Assembly (NCBI GenBank): GCA_051294375.1
Contig: CM119264.1
Coordinates: 12,464,263-12,528,262, forward strand
Length of the DNA stretch: 64,000 nt
Direction of reading: 5' to 3'
Source: Paraspadella gotoi
Lineage: Eukaryota; Animalia; Chaetognatha
Shown: in pieces, positions 24,614-39,200 of the stretch
Position numbering within the stretch: position 1 is the first letter of the stretch
Layout: every line of letters starts with the position of its first letter
Made by a program: the position numbers and the translations under genes
The notes under the pieces: generated by a model
What the model saw: only the letters and a program-made list of their open reading frames with translations
The model's database searches: none
Told to the model about the DNA's origin: nothing

Positions 24614-25833
24614 GAGAAATAAATAAATGAGACATGTGCAAAGTACAACAAAGATAAATGTTTGAAAAAAATAAAATTAGTGAAATTTAACAATTATCTC
24701 TTGATAAATAGTTAACTAGGGATAGAAAGTGAAAAATAAAAATGAAATTTGTGAAAAACATGAAATGTGAGAATTTTTAAGAGTTAAGTAAGTATTTAAA
24801 ATGAAATTTAAGGAGTAAGAAAGAGCTCAAAATGAGCTTGGCCCCCCTTGTTTTTGCAAATGAAAGGCATGGACGATGGTGACGGTGTCATTGGGCCGTC
24901 AGTGGCTGAGAGGAGCGTGCGACTGAACACGTAAATTCTGCACCGGTGGATTGTACCAGGCGAAAAATTCCAATGCCACTCTATGTCTTCTGACCTGATA
25001 CGCTGCCGGCTGCCTCTTCTCGCCTGCTGGCGAGGCGGGCGATGTCCATCTTGCCGCTTTTGCGACAGGAATGACTGGACTCCTCTCCTTCCTCTGAAGC
25101 CTGTCGATTTGGTGGCGCTCAGTCCACAGAGAGAAGGGGCTTGAGTTGCTGCATTTGAAGGAGTGGCATCGTTTGCCATTGCCTGCGCAAGAGTCTCCGC
25201 CTATCTCCTTGAGTGGAGACAGGGGAATCATTGTGCGGGCGTGGTGGCGGCGGGGCCTCCACCACGCTTTTTGATAAATTTAATCTAAAATTTAATCTAA
25301 ATCTATCTATCCAATTATGATTAATTCGATTAATTATGAATTAAAATATTAAAAAGATTCAAATAAAAGTGACTTATGTTTTTTTCCGTCTAAACTCAAT
25401 TCCACTCGCACGATTCCATCTAAACTTTATATCCAGCTTCATCCACATACTTTCCTACCGAACAAAATTTTATCTCAATCTAACCATCCAATTATGATTA
25501 ATTCGAGTAATTGTGGTTAAAATTAGTAAAAAAGATTTAAGCAAAGTGACTTTTGTTTTTTTTACATTAAACTTCATTTCCACTGCGCACGAATTTCATC
25601 GATACTTTATATCCAGCCAATCACACATTATCCTACCCACACACAAATTTCATTCCAATCATCCATCAATCACGAGTATTGGAGTTTTTGCTAAGGGACG
25701 ACGGACGGACGGACATCGTTTTTTTTTTGCTTAATTTAGGCATAATATGATGTTCTGATGTGATAAAAATGATTTACCGACAAGATTTAGGTGGGACCGA
25801 CGGACCGACAAAGTGAATTTATAGAGTCGGAAT

Positions 25834-26733
25834 CTCTGGTGCGAACTCCTGACGAAACCAAAATAGCTAGACACAGCCTGAATACGAGCTAAAAAAATAG
25901 CCAATTTTTTATACAGATAGCTAGATTTTTTTCGGCTTACTTGTTATTTTACATGAGAAATTATCGTCTATAGAGCAAATAGCATGATTTGTTTCCTATT
26001 TTAATCTATGAAGTTAAAAAATGTTTTTAAAAAAGTAAGAACAGTTAGTGAGTGATAAAAACGCGTTCTTGAAAAAATTTCTCTACATCTAATAAAACTT
26101 GTATTATTTCTTCATCTCATCTAACTCCTGCTGTTGCATTAGGGTTGAGTTTGTGTCTTTGTGATCATACATTGATGATTGAAGTTATCTATCATAAGTG
26201 ACAGTGGCTTAAAGGTAGCACAGACGGGCCATTCCCCCTCAGGCCTTGGCGTATCAATAAGATGGCCTCTACTGCTGAAATAGCAAACGAGTTGCGTTGT
26301 TTATTTTTAACAACGCCAATGATGCTTTTAAATTTTTTCAACAGTAGAATTGGAAATGGTAGACAAGAGAAGAAAATCCCGCTAGCGTTGTTAATACTGG
26401 GAAAAGTTTTTCATCTCCAATTTTTACTTTGCAAACTGCAGACCAAAGTGTCTAGCATTGGAGTGAGTGAGTGAGCAGTGTGACCGGAGTTGACGCATTG
26501 AAATTTAGGGGAGGAAGACGAGAATATATGTTTGTAAAAATGAACAGGAACACTGAACAGTATTTCAGCAGAACATTCTATTCACAAAATAAAACAGTTC
26601 AAATTAATAATGATTATTTTTTCCCTCTCATGAAATAGCTAGATTATGCGCTTGATGCTAAATATTATTTTTATAGCTGAACGACTCAAAATATAGCCAG
26701 ATCTAGCTCGAGATAGCTAAGTTGGAAACAGAG
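25834..26733 (-). mobile_element. hAT element, copy 3
   Basis: Same TIRs; GTCGGAAT TSD at 25826-25833 and 26734-26741. Confidence 0.85.
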
Positions 26734-27649
26734 GTCGGAATCTGCTGATAAGTTTGTTAGTTGCTCCCCGGATTACTCGCGGAGCAACTCAATGAGTCAC
26801 TTTTCGGTCGGTCGTCGTCGGTCGGTCATTCGTCGGTCAGTCGGATATTTCGTTAAGACAGAAAAAAACCTCAAAATCTAAGGACTGCTAGCGCCGCCTT
26901 CAGGTAATCCTAAACTATAAAGAATAAAAGACGGATTACGATGCAGGGCGTTCATTTTACGAGAAATACACGTAAAAATTAAAGTCACATTGGCTGGAAA
27001 TGTCCGAGGGGAAAAAATTGAAACTTCCCTTCCGATGACGTTGCTTCAACTGATGTGATAACTGTCAATTTTTCTTTTAAAGCTTCTTTTCCTATTTGAA
27101 ACGAGTGCTTGCCACATAATAGCGATTTCAGATTCACACTTTTCACAATTTTTCACAATTTTAATCAATTCTCTTCAACGTCACTCACTTTCTGTCAACT
27201 CGTCAACTTCGAATTAAATTTAAAGATGAAAAGGAATGACGCTAAGCAAAGATAAGATATTCATGAAAATTACGTCAGACCAAACTAAGTCTAAAGTCAG
27301 GGAGTAGATGCTTTATTTATTGTACCAATTTCATACACGTTGATCTTCCTGAGGCGTGAATTGCTTTATCATTATTTTTTGGGAAAGATCTCTTATCCCC
27401 GGGTCGCGATTATTCTCGTCTCTTTTTTTGATGTCATCTTTGGTTGTCTCGTCTCTCTCGTTATGACAAGAATGGATGACGCGAATGCTCAAATCGACTT
27501 TTGCCATAGATTTCGTCCATAGGCTCACGTCGCAGATTTTGACTTATGCGAGTATTCAGGAATCACTTCTTTCATCAGTGACAAGTTACTTTGTGAGCCG
27601 ATACCGTTCATCCCCCAATGTTTTGCTATCTCCCTCCCTTTGCTGTTTT

Positions 27650-27726
<77 letters not shown>

Positions 27727-28260
27727 ACGAAAATTTTAGAAACTTTTCCAAGGGACTTGCTGAAACAAGCCCGTTTCCATGAAAAAGTTTTGAAACTAAT
27801 AGACAAGGCGCAATCAACATGAGTAAATTTCCGAGTGAAACTTCCATCCAATCATTACGAAATTAAGTAAATCGTAATCGACCGATCTATTCATCTGTCC
27901 GTTTTATATATAATTTCGTTTCATCTCCTTTCTCAATTATTTTTTTTTTCAATCTTTCATCCAATGTATCCATTCTTTTTTTTTTCATTTTCTCCCATCC
28001 TATCATTTTTTCCTTTCCTCATTTAATCTCCTCTTCAATTTTCTTCCCTTTTTCAATCTCCCTTCCTCCGATTCTCCTCCCTTTCCCCCCCGCTCCTCCT
28101 CCTCCAAAACGCCACTCCTCATCCGGACTGCTCTTCAAACTTTCAATCTTCTGATGGGAGGAAGATAAAAAAACCGACCAAAGCTTAAAACCATCTCGGA
28201 TCAAAACAGGAGAGGGAGGCAACCTTACGTCCGTCTCGCAAACGCTCTTTTTTCCCTATC

Positions 28261-28334
<74 letters not shown>

Positions 28335-28734
28335 TTTTTGAGGCGCCGCCCCCCCGCCTTCAGCCCCAATTGCTATGAAGAAGGAACCAGTTCGCTGGTT
28401 TTACGCAAAGGAAATTCGCTCTTGTCTGATTTTTAATGCCGCTGCGACGCTCTGAGCTGCGGCTGCGGCCGCGACTGCGCGAGCTACCGCCTTCGATGCG
28501 ACGGACTTTTTTGCTGCAGCTCAACACTCGGCAGCCGTTCAATGAAGATTCCAAAATAAAACTGAAGAACCGAAGTTGTAATGCATCAAACATTTTTGTC
28601 AAAAACATCTGAGGAAAAGTAGGAATATATGGACTAAAGAATAAGAAAGAAATACTATATAAAAAGAAGAGATGAAATAATGATGGATGGATAGATGCGA
28701 AGAGAAAAAGAAGTGAAGTGAAGTGAAGTGAATG

Positions 28735-28960
28735 AAGAGAAGAGAGAGAAGAGAAGAGAAGAGAAGAGAAGAGAAGAGAAGAGAAGAGATGAGATGATGA
28801 TTGAATGCATGAATGAATGATGAGAAGAGAAGAGAAGAGAAGAGAAGAGAAGAGAAGAGAAGAGAAGAGAAGAGAAGAGAGGAGATGATGAGTGAATGCA
28901 TGAATGAATAGATAGAAGAGAAGAGAAGAGAAGAGAAGTAGCAGAGAAGAGAAGAGAATA
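28735..28960. repeat. (AAGAG)n pentanucleotide microsatellite
   Basis: Interrupted AAGAG arrays; shorter version at 23680-23735. Confidence 0.9.
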
Positions 28961-29146
28961 GAAAGAGAAAGCAAATAAATGTTTCCTATTCCGTCATATT
29001 TTTCCATCGCGTCTTAATGACATCGTCATATCGATGAGAAGAATTTTATCGGAATTTGCCCGGTGAGATTATTAGGCCTAATGTTTCCTCCTCAAAATTG
29101 CGAATTAGTCGCGGGGTGGGACCCAATTATATGAATGTGTGTGTCT

Positions 29147-29181
<35 letters not shown>

Positions 29182-31074
29182 TAGATAGAGAGAGAGAGAG
29201 GAGAGGAAAGGAGAGAGAGGAGAGAGAGAGAGAGAGAGAGAAGCGATGCCAAACTCACATCAGTTTTCAAACGCTCAGTCGCTATTTCTTGTAATGCCTG
29301 AAAGCTAATTGCGCTTTAGCTTTTGCTTCCGACAAACTGAGAAAGTCTTTACTTTTTTATGTGAATTAAGCGAAAAAAAAAGGGAAAACAGGGAAATAAA
29401 GAGACAAACGACAAAATTGGACCGAAAAAGAAAAAAAAAGAATTTTCAGAGAAAAAGAAAAAAGAACGTGGAGAAAATGAAAAGAAACGAGCGGAACAAC
29501 AAAAAAAAGAACATTAAAATAAATGAAAAAAACATGAAAAAAAAGAGGCAAAGCAAAGTTGGTTCGGGACTTGGGTTGTCACTCCTCGTCGTGGTCGTCA
29601 TATTCGTCGTGGTCGTCGTCGTCGTTATCGTCATTTCCAATTTTCCACCCGTCATCCTTCTCAATCTTTTACCTTTTTGAAAAAAAAAAGAAGCGTGGGA
29701 AAAAAAAATGAAGCGAGGAAAAATAGATTGAGCGGTTTGATCTTTTCCTTCCTTTCTCTTTCTCTCTCTCGCGCTCTCTTTATCTTTCTCTCTTTTTTTA
29801 GAATTGATCGCCCATTGCCCAACCTATATATAATACTCTTTGGAGGCGGCATTAGAGTCTTTCGCTCTGACTGTTTTTTTTTTCATTCCGTCTTGCGTGA
29901 AGGAATCCCTGACCGATCAACAAAGAGCAACGAAGCAGAAAGAAACTAGATTCCCCTAAAACGTTTATCGTTTATTGTAGTAATTGCGTTACAGACGAAA
30001 GAAAGCATTAGTGAAATATAAATCGAACACTCCACAATAATCAGGCAAAAATATTTATCAAAACGAAACATGATATGGTAAACTCAGAGTCATTCCGCAC
30101 TTTATTAAAAAATATTCTAAAATANNNNNNNNNNNNNNNNNNNNNNNNNNNNNNNNNNNNNNNNNNNNNNNNNNNNNNNNNNNNNNNNNNNNNNNNNNNN
30201 NNNNNNNNNNNNNNNNNNNNNNNNNNNNNNNNNNNNNNNNNNNNNNNNNNNNNNNNNNNNNNNNNNNNNNNNNNNNNNNNNNNNNNNNNNNNNNNNNNNN
30301 NNNNNNNNNNNNNNNNNNNNNNNNNNNNNNNNNNTCTTTGAGCTAAGGAGATTGAATCGGCGATATAATGACCCCGGATTTCTGCAAGTCATCACAATTT
30401 TGTTGACCTTCCCAAAAAAACGACCGATNNNNNNNNNNNNNNNNNNNNNNNNNNNNNNNNNNNNNNNNNNNNNNNNNNNNNNNNNNNNNNNNNNNNNNNN
30501 NNNNNNNNNNNNNNNNNNNNNNNNNNNNNNNNNNNNNNNNNNNNNNNNNNNNNNNNNNNNNNNNNNNNNNNNNNNNNNNNNNNNNNNNNNNNNNNNNNNN
30601 NNNNNNNNNNNNNNNNNNNNNNNNNNNNNNNNNNNNNNNNNNNNNNNNNNNNNNNNNNNNNNNNNNNNNNNNNNNNNNNNNNNNNNNNNNNNNNNNNNNN
30701 NNNNNNNNNNNNNNNNNCACCAATCGCAAAAGTCAGGTGTGAAGACATCTCACCCTTGAATTCGATCAGACTTTTCCAATTCTTTTTTTTATTTTCTTTC
30801 TTTTTATAGACTTGAAAAGAATCCTCAGTTCATAGGTTGGTTTCAGATCGAAAACAATTAACGTTTTCTAATATATCATTTCTCCTTACGTCTTATCGAA
30901 ATTGTTTAGAGGGAAACAGTAAGATCTAAAAGCTAAAAAGGCGACACTCAGCTGTCAATATATATCAATTCGTAAACTCTAAGAACTTGTCATTTCATCA
31001 TTGAGCCTCTCAGAATTCCTCGAGAGATCCTCCTAAGCTACCTTAAGCTAGACCGACAAACGTCAGAGATAGAG

Positions 31075-31121
<47 letters not shown>

Positions 31122-32590
31122 AAGAGAGAGAAAGAGCAAAATCCGATACAATAAACATGTCAACAAACTCCTTTGCGATGTCGAGTAGGGTGAAGTGAAA
31201 GTTTGGAATCAAAATTTATCAGTTATATCTTAGCGAAAAACAAGTTTATTTTGTTAGATGTTCCAACGATTTATTTATCTAACAATATAAACTTTTGTTT
31301 TTCGCTAATCCCAAAAAAACAACGAAAAGAGAGAAAATAACACAAAATGTCTACCTATAAGTTATATCTTAAAAACTATCATATTAGGTAATACTAATCT
31401 TTAGTTATTTTATATATAGTGCTACCTTTATATAATGTCAAAATTTCAAATTGTTTTTTTTTTAAATCTCATTAAAAGTTGTTCAAAAAAAATATCATTT
31501 TTTTAAAAATTATGTCATTAAATAGGTTAAAATTATAAGATACCATATTCTTAAGCTGGAAATTGAAAATCGGCGTTTTAAATAGGGTTTTTTACATTTT
31601 TGATCAACTTAATGAAAGAATTTTTTAACAAATTTAAAATCCGATCTGCATTTTAAAATTTTAGCCTATTATATACTTATTACTATTTTTAAATATAGCT
31701 AACTGGTGCCCACTTATGCAAAAAATGAAAAAATAAAATTACAAAAGGAGAAGGTGTGTGGAATATACAACCAAATTTGATTGATTTTAATTTTAAGTTT
31801 GTATATGGTAAATTTTAATTTCATAAAATTGTATTATTTTCCATCAACTCTAATGTCAGAGGTCATTCGCTTTTAGTCTCATTTTTTAAATGGCTTCCTT
31901 TAACTTGTCGAAGAAGCCGCTAAGCGCCAATTCCGAGGAGGTCATCAGTAATTGCAAACTTCGAAAAAAAGGACGCGTAAGTCTTTACTAAAGAATAAAC
32001 TGAATAAAGAGGACCGAATAAAGCAGAGATACGACGATGAATTAATTTGAAATTCTTTGTTCTTTCACGGATAGATCCAAATGAGATCCCATTGCAGTTG
32101 AGAGAACATCACGCGACGCTTGGACTTTTAAATTACTCTTTATTCCTTCGTTGACTCACGTCTGGCGAAGAGAGACGATGTCGCTTATCGATGGAGTCTA
32201 ATGAAAAATGATGCGTCGTAGAGAGAGAGAGAGAGAAAGGAGAGAGAAGAGACTCGGAAGAGACACTGAGCAGAGAGACAGAGAGAGAGAGAGAGAGAAA
32301 GGAGATAGTGAGAGATGAGTGAGAGAGACAGAGAGAGAGAGAGAGATTTATACGCGGATTGAATTATCGATATGCGGTGTTACAACTCGAGGATTTTCTT
32401 TGACAGAGCTGTATGAACCAATGAAGGAAAATTCAGATAATTTTCAAAATGAAGAATATCTATATCTACTAATTTTCTATATAGTAGGCCCTATTTATGC
32501 TCAATATAGTGGCTTGAGATCGGATACTATCGTCAAAGTTCTACTGAAGAACAATGTCGATGTAACGAGTGTAATTTTTATATATAATTG

Positions 32591-33077
32591 TGTTTGTTGC
32601 CTCTGTAGTTTCGATCACGTTGGCTGACTTTAGTTCTTATTTAAATAACGTTCAGTTTTGGAACAGGTTGGCGAGGTTTATTATCAACAAACAATTTTGG
32701 CGACATACAAACGGAGATAAAATGTTTCGTATTCATAAAAACGAGGTTGTGAAATTAATTCTTAATTTCGAGATTAAATATAAAAACGTAAATGATAGAA
32801 ATCATTAAAAATAACCCCGAACGGCGGAAGGTGTTAAAACCGTTGAACGTTTTCTAGAGGCAACGACTTTCTCTCTCTAAAACATTGTTAAAGTTAAAAA
32901 TAAACGATACTAATTTCCCCTTCCCCCTTTCTTCGCGACTCAGTGTAAAACTTTTTCCCTTTATTTGGGCCCGTCTCGATTCGCTGATGTTCGCGTCCCC
33001 GGTGGAACTCCGCGGACGTTGAACTGTTCATTCCGCGCGGGAACGCTCGCCGTCGGCCGCCACGAACCGTCAAAACA
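32591..33077. mobile_element. Solo LTR-like insertion (TGTT...AACA, 5-bp TSD ATTGA)
   Basis: Present here and at 39201-39786, but precisely absent from the copy at ~37740 (TATA-ATTGA-TATA). The left TSD here lacks one A. Confidence 0.7.
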
Positions 33078-34489
33078 ATTGATTGATAATTACGAATTAA
33101 GTTAAAACCTTTCCCCTTCTCATTCTCCTCTTTCTTACGTTCAATCTACAACTTCCCTCTTATTTTAATTGATATGATATCTGTAAGGACGACCTCGAGT
33201 CCAAGGGTTGCGTGGTATCGATTCAGTTGTTCAATTAAATGCTGAACAGAGGAAAGAGAGAAAGAGAGCCGAGAGAATCCTCTTCCTACAAAAACTTTAA
33301 ATCTTAACGGAAGATTTGAGAATCTCCAAGAAGAGAATCGAGAATCGAGAATAAAAAAAAATATGTTCGATGAATCTCGAAAGTGGAGGACGTGAACAGC
33401 AAACGTCATTCTTCACTGAAAATTTCTTTTCACAGACAAAAAAGCGAGAAGAAGAAGAAGAAAAAAAGAGAGAAAAAAGAATAAAAAAAAACAAGAAAAA
33501 CTCCTTGTTCTTTTCTCACCAATAAGAAAAGGACGAGACAAGAAAAAGAGATTAAGGATAAAAAATTGTGAGCGGAGAATAAATAAAATGAAGGAGAGGT
33601 TGAAAAAAAAAAAATTAAGAAAAAAACAACAAACAAAAAGAGAGAAATTGGGGAAAAAAAGCGATGGAACGAAAAAAAAAAAAAAAAACACGCGAAGAAA
33701 AACCAAAACGAAGGTGAAATAAGAAAAACAAAGAAAAAAGAGTAAGGAAATAGGGGAAGGAAAAAATGCTCACGAACCGAAGAGAAAGTATTTGCGGATT
33801 AATCGTAAAAAGAAAGGAAGTTTGGGGAAGGAAAATAAAAATAAGGGGAACTCGGGGGGGAAGGGAGAAATATGACGTAAAAAAGGAGGGAAAAAGGAGA
33901 TTCACAAAAGTGTATAGGTCGTTACCCGCCATATTTGCAATTCCTTCAAAACCAGGGCCGTCTCTCCTCCTTGCAGTCACTTCTCATGGGTTTTTTTCGG
34001 TGTTTTCATCCAAGATTTTCTGCTCCTCTCTCTCTACTCTCTCATCTCTCTCTCTCTCTCTCTCTCTCTCGCTCTCTTCTCTCTTCTCTCTCTCTCTCTC
34101 TCTCTCTCTCCCTGTATCACTTTCTATCCCTGCCTCTCCACTGCCCAAACTGCCCCGTCCAATCATTATTCTATAAATGCGCCGGACCTTTCAAAGCTTC
34201 AAAGAAAAAAAAAAGGGAAAAAGTGAATAACTATTACTCTCGTATACGCCTCACGAGAATGGTCACGTGGTTCGAACGAGATTGGTTCACGTGATTGACG
34301 CGAGAAAAGCGAATTTCGCCTTCACGACGATTCTTTCTTATCTCGTCGAGTTTCAACGTCAGTCCGATCCTCTTCCTATTTCTCCTCCTCATCGAGATGA
34401 TCTAGTCTCCTTACTTCTCTATGAGCAAAAAAAAACCCCCGCAATTTCCAAAACTGGTCGTTTTCACCAAGGCCCCCGATCAAGGGTCG

Positions 34490-34630
34490 ATTTGCGTCGA
34501 TCAGTTCGATCGGGCGTTCAGTCCAATCAGTATAATAAGTCAATCAGTCGATCGCTGCCGATCAGTCGCATTGCGTTGAATGAGTCGATCCCTCGATCCA
34601 GTCCGATCAGTAATCAATCGTTTTCGTCGA
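34490..34630. repeat. Degenerate (CGATCAGT)n 8-mer repeat; second copy at ~41128-41280
   Basis: Recurring GATCAGTC/GTCGATC units. Confidence 0.7.
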
Positions 34631-35953
34631 AGCCGCTCTCAGCAGTTTAAATTTCCTACGCTACAACCAATAACAATGTTTAATTTTTTACTCACAAATT
34701 CATCGTTCTGAAAAAAAAATCTAATTTTTTATCAAAAGTTCATAAATTTAATATTCCATATAAACGTTTTCTCGCTCAATCGCCTATTCGAATATCGTAT
34801 AAAAACGCAATTCTCACATTCGAAGGTACTCCTCGTTAAGCTAAGCGAGTTGTGAAATATTCCTTCCATTTACATTTTCAACTGCCCACTTTTTACGAAC
34901 TTTTCCTTCTTCGTTCACTCACCCGTCCTTACCTCCTTAACCGTCTCGCCCTCGCTTCGCCGAACTCACCTCACTCACGGATTTCCCATTTGGCACCTGA
35001 CCAGATTTAATTTCTATCGTCGAGGAGGAAAAGAGGACGACGACGACGACGACGACGACGATAACAGTGAAAAGACGAAGACGGAGACGACACGGGCCGA
35101 CGTCGCGATGGCACAGGATCATAATGACAAAGACGACAAAGTGGATGACTATGAAAATGAAAACGATTCGAAACTATGCTGGACGACATGACAAGGACAA
35201 TACTTAAATTAAGGCCAATGGAGAACGACAAGATGACGAAGACCAAAACATGTCGCACGACCAGACGAGAACTGCGAATGACGACGACGATGATGACGAC
35301 AACGATCATGACGACACGACGGGACGACGCTGTCAGACTCGAGAGATCACAAGTTTTTGTGAGTCGTCGCGTTGTTTAGTCGTCGTCGTCTTCGTTGTGG
35401 CATTGTTGTCCTTGTGTCGGAGTTATGTCGTCGATGAGCGTCGTCTCGTCGTCGTTGCCGCATTAGCACTTGTAAGCGTCGTTGTTTGCTGATAATGAAG
35501 AAAAAAAAGGGACAGGAAGAAAAGAAGTTTCTAAATTTCTAGACCGCGCTTCGCACTTTACCTTACCAATGACACCGTAACCATTTTTTTGTTTCTTTAT
35601 TTCATTCTTTCTCTTCTTTCCTTCCCTTCAGAGATAACCTACGCTTTACCAAACTTACCAGAATCTCTATCCTTCAGTCTTCTCCAAGACTTCTCGTTTC
35701 CCTTTCATCCCTGATGCAGCATCGCTCTGCCTGATCTAAAAAAGTCACACGCCCGTTTCTCCTAATGCCTCTTCACCTTTTCCACCCCTCGTTCTTTTTC
35801 AAACCCCAACCTTTGCAACGCCACCCCCAAGCACTCCTCGCTCCCCAACGCCCTTATGGTTTTAGAGTTTCTTTATTCTCACTTCCTTGACTCACGTCAA
35901 CGTTAATCCTACGCCATAACTCGTCTAACTTTTTTTTCTTCTCTTTCCATCTT

Positions 35954-36028
<75 letters not shown>

Positions 36029-36032
36029 TCTC

Positions 36033-36073
<41 letters not shown>

Positions 36074-36575
36074 TCTCTCTCTCTCTCTCTCTCTCCTCTC
36101 TTCCCCCCCCCTACTGTAGTTCGAAGGAAACTCGTTAGAGACGGTAATTCACGGCAGAGATTCGCTACATTATCTTTTCACGGTTAAGCGGCGGTCCCCG
36201 TCCGTCCGTACGTCATCGTCGTCGATTAAATTTCGTTCTCAGTCATCGTCGTCGTCATCGTCACGTTCCGTCGTCCTCAGTTTTCGTCGTTGCTCTCGTC
36301 CGTATTTAACAATTTGCATTTAAATTTTATTTCACGAATTTTAAGTACATCCTTCGAATAATGAGAAATGAGTCTTAAAAATCATTTTAATAATGACGAA
36401 ATTGGAGCTGCGGATATTTTATCTCTCCTTTTNNNNNNNNNNNNNNNNNNNNNNNNNNNNNNNNNNNNNNNNNNNNNNNNNNNNNNNNNNNNNNNNNNNN
36501 NNNNNNNNNNNNNNNNNNNNNNNNNNNNNNNNTTTTAAAAATTATGTCATTAAATAGGTTAAAATTATAAGAAAC

Positions 36576-36832
36576 TATGGCAACGGGAGGATAGCCTGTG
36601 TTACCCGGGGCGCGGGGTATCTCACCAACTGGCGTAGGGGCTGCGGACCCTCAGTGACCGCCTCCTGTCACTGGCATGTTTATACCGGCACCGTCACATT
36701 TAAGCCAGAACCGGGATACCCAGGGATTGAACCCGGGACGCACGGATGGAATGAGATGATTTAGCCTGCTCAGCCATTGAGACGAGGCTGAGGACGGACA
36801 GCAGTGAGGCAGCTTTAAGTCTTGCTGCCACA
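36576..36832 (-). mobile_element. Solo LTR with internal tRNA-like Pol III A/B boxes (Helenus-like)
   Basis: 257-bp GC-rich insert absent from the 31535 copy. AAAC 4-bp TSD at 36572-36575 and 36833-36836. Minus-strand termini TGTGGCAGC...GTTGCCATA. A box TGGCTGAGCAGG (36765-36776) and B box GGGTTCAATCCC (36723-36734). Confidence 0.75.
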
Positions 36833-37403
36833 AAACCATATTTTTAAGCTGGAAATTGAAAATCGGCGTTTTAAATAGGGTTTTTTTACATTTTTGATCA
36901 ACTTAATGAAAGAATTTTTTAACAAATTTAAAATCCGATCTGCATTTTAAAATTTTAACCTATTATATACTTATTACTATTTATAAATATAGCTAACTGG
37001 TGCCCACTTATGCAAAAAATTAAAAAATAAATTTACAAAAGTGAGGTTGTGAGTATGAGGCACGACTCGAGACTCTCGGTTTCCTTTGAACTTGATTTTA
37101 ACTTTTGTCGAAGAAGCCGCAAGCGCCATCTCCGAGGGTCAATCAGTAATTCAAACTTCGAAAAAAGACGCGTAAAGAAAAACTGAATAAGAGGACCGAC
37201 ATGAAGCAAATACGACGATAAATAAAATACATACAATTTTGAATTCTTTCGTCTTTCACGGAAGATCCAAAATGAATCCATTGCAGTTGGAAGAGGAACA
37301 TCACGCGACGGCTTGGAACTTTTAAATTACTTCTTTTCCTTCGTTGACTCACGTCTGGCGAAGAGAGACGATGTCGCTTATCGATGAGTCTAATGAATGA
37401 TGC

Positions 37404-37438
<35 letters not shown>

Positions 37439-38845
37439 AGAGAGAGAGAGAGAGTGAGAGATTGAGAGAGAGACAGAGAGAGAGACAGAGAGAGAGAGAA
37501 AGATTTATACGCGGATTGAATTTTCGATTGCGGTGTTACAACTCTGAGGATTTCTTTGACCAGAGCTGATGAACCAATGAAGAAAATTCATATTTTTTTC
37601 AAAATGAAGAATATCTAATATCTACTAATTATCTATATAGTAGGCCCAAATTTAAGTTAATATAGTGGCTGAGATCGGATACTATCGTCAATAGTTCTAC
37701 TGAAGAACAATATCGATATAGCGATGTAATTTTTATATATAATTGATATAATTTACGAATTAAGTTAAACCTTCCCCTTTCTCATTCTCCTCTTTCTACG
37801 TTCCAATCACAACTTTTTCCCTCTTATTTTAATTGATATGATATCTGTAAGACGACCTCGGACGACATCGGAAGTACACTGTTTTTTTTTTAACCATGCA
37901 ATCGAAAATTTTCACAAAATCCTGTACAGTTTCTAGTATAATTTTAAGTGCTTAAAACGATTAACAAGGTGTCGTCAATCAGATTTTGCATTTTGACCTG
38001 CGCACAATTTACCAGAAGTTGGCGTGGACTAACTTATGGAATTTTTCTTTTTACTACAAATGAAAAGTTAGGCCAGTTGTTATTTACTCATCCTGCAATT
38101 AGTATAATTATTTTAATAAGTAGTACTGAGACAAAAAATGTTTCAAAAAGGGTTTTCATCAAATATCGGGCGTGTCCAAACCGGAAATAGTGCTCGAAAA
38201 TCAATTAAATATGTATTATTAAAGTTTTTGGATCTATTCAGACTGCTAATGGTTTTTTAAACTGTTATATGACAGCTTTATCACAAAGGATTATCATCCA
38301 TATCATATAAAAAAAATCCTATCATATTTATCAAATTATTACATCTTAAAAAGATTGTTTTTTAATAGCCAAAGGACTTTAACTTTAACTGTAAATATTC
38401 AAAATTTCATTTCAATTTTATTCAATTAATGTGACTTTGCTAATTTTAACAATTCCTAGTTTTAATTTTTAAATACCCTTTTCAAATTTAATTTTTTTCC
38501 ATCAGTAATTTTTTTACTGGCCATACATTGTTTATTTTGCTNNNNNNNNNNNNNNNNNNNNNNNNNAGAGAGGGTCAATCAGTAATTCAAACTTCGAAAA
38601 AAAGACGCGTAAAGTCTTTACTAAAGAAAAACTGAATAAGAGGACCGACATAAAGCAGATACGACGATGAATAAAATTTTGAATTCTTTCGTCTTTCACG
38701 GAAGATCCAAAATGAATCCATTGCAGTTGGAAGAGGAACATCACGCGACGGCTTGGAACTTTTAAATTACTTCTTTTCCTTCGTTGACTCACGTCTGGCG
38801 AAGAGAGACGATGTCGCTTATCGATGAGTCTAATGAAAATGATGC

Positions 38846-38921
<76 letters not shown>

Positions 38922-39200
38922 GTGAGAGATTGAGAGAGAGACAGAGAGAGAGAGAGATTTATACGCGGATTGAATTATCGATTGCGGTGTTACAACTCTG
39001 AGGATTTCTTTGACCAGAGCTGATGAACCAATGAAGAAAATTCAAATTTTTTTCAAAATGAAGAATATCTAATATCTACTAATTATCTATATAGTAGGCC
39101 CTGATTTATGCTAATATAGTGGCTGAGATCGGATACTATCGTCAATAGTTCTACTGAAGAACAATGTCGATGTAGCGATGTAATTTTTATATATAATTGA

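Noticed and set aside
30075-30759. ORFs full of X (also 57738-58140 and 59251-59674)
   Set aside because: They run through N gaps.
36700-36790. A functional tRNA gene
   Set aside because: A and B boxes are present, but I cannot fold a convincing acceptor or anticodon stem, and it lies inside a TSD-flanked insertion.
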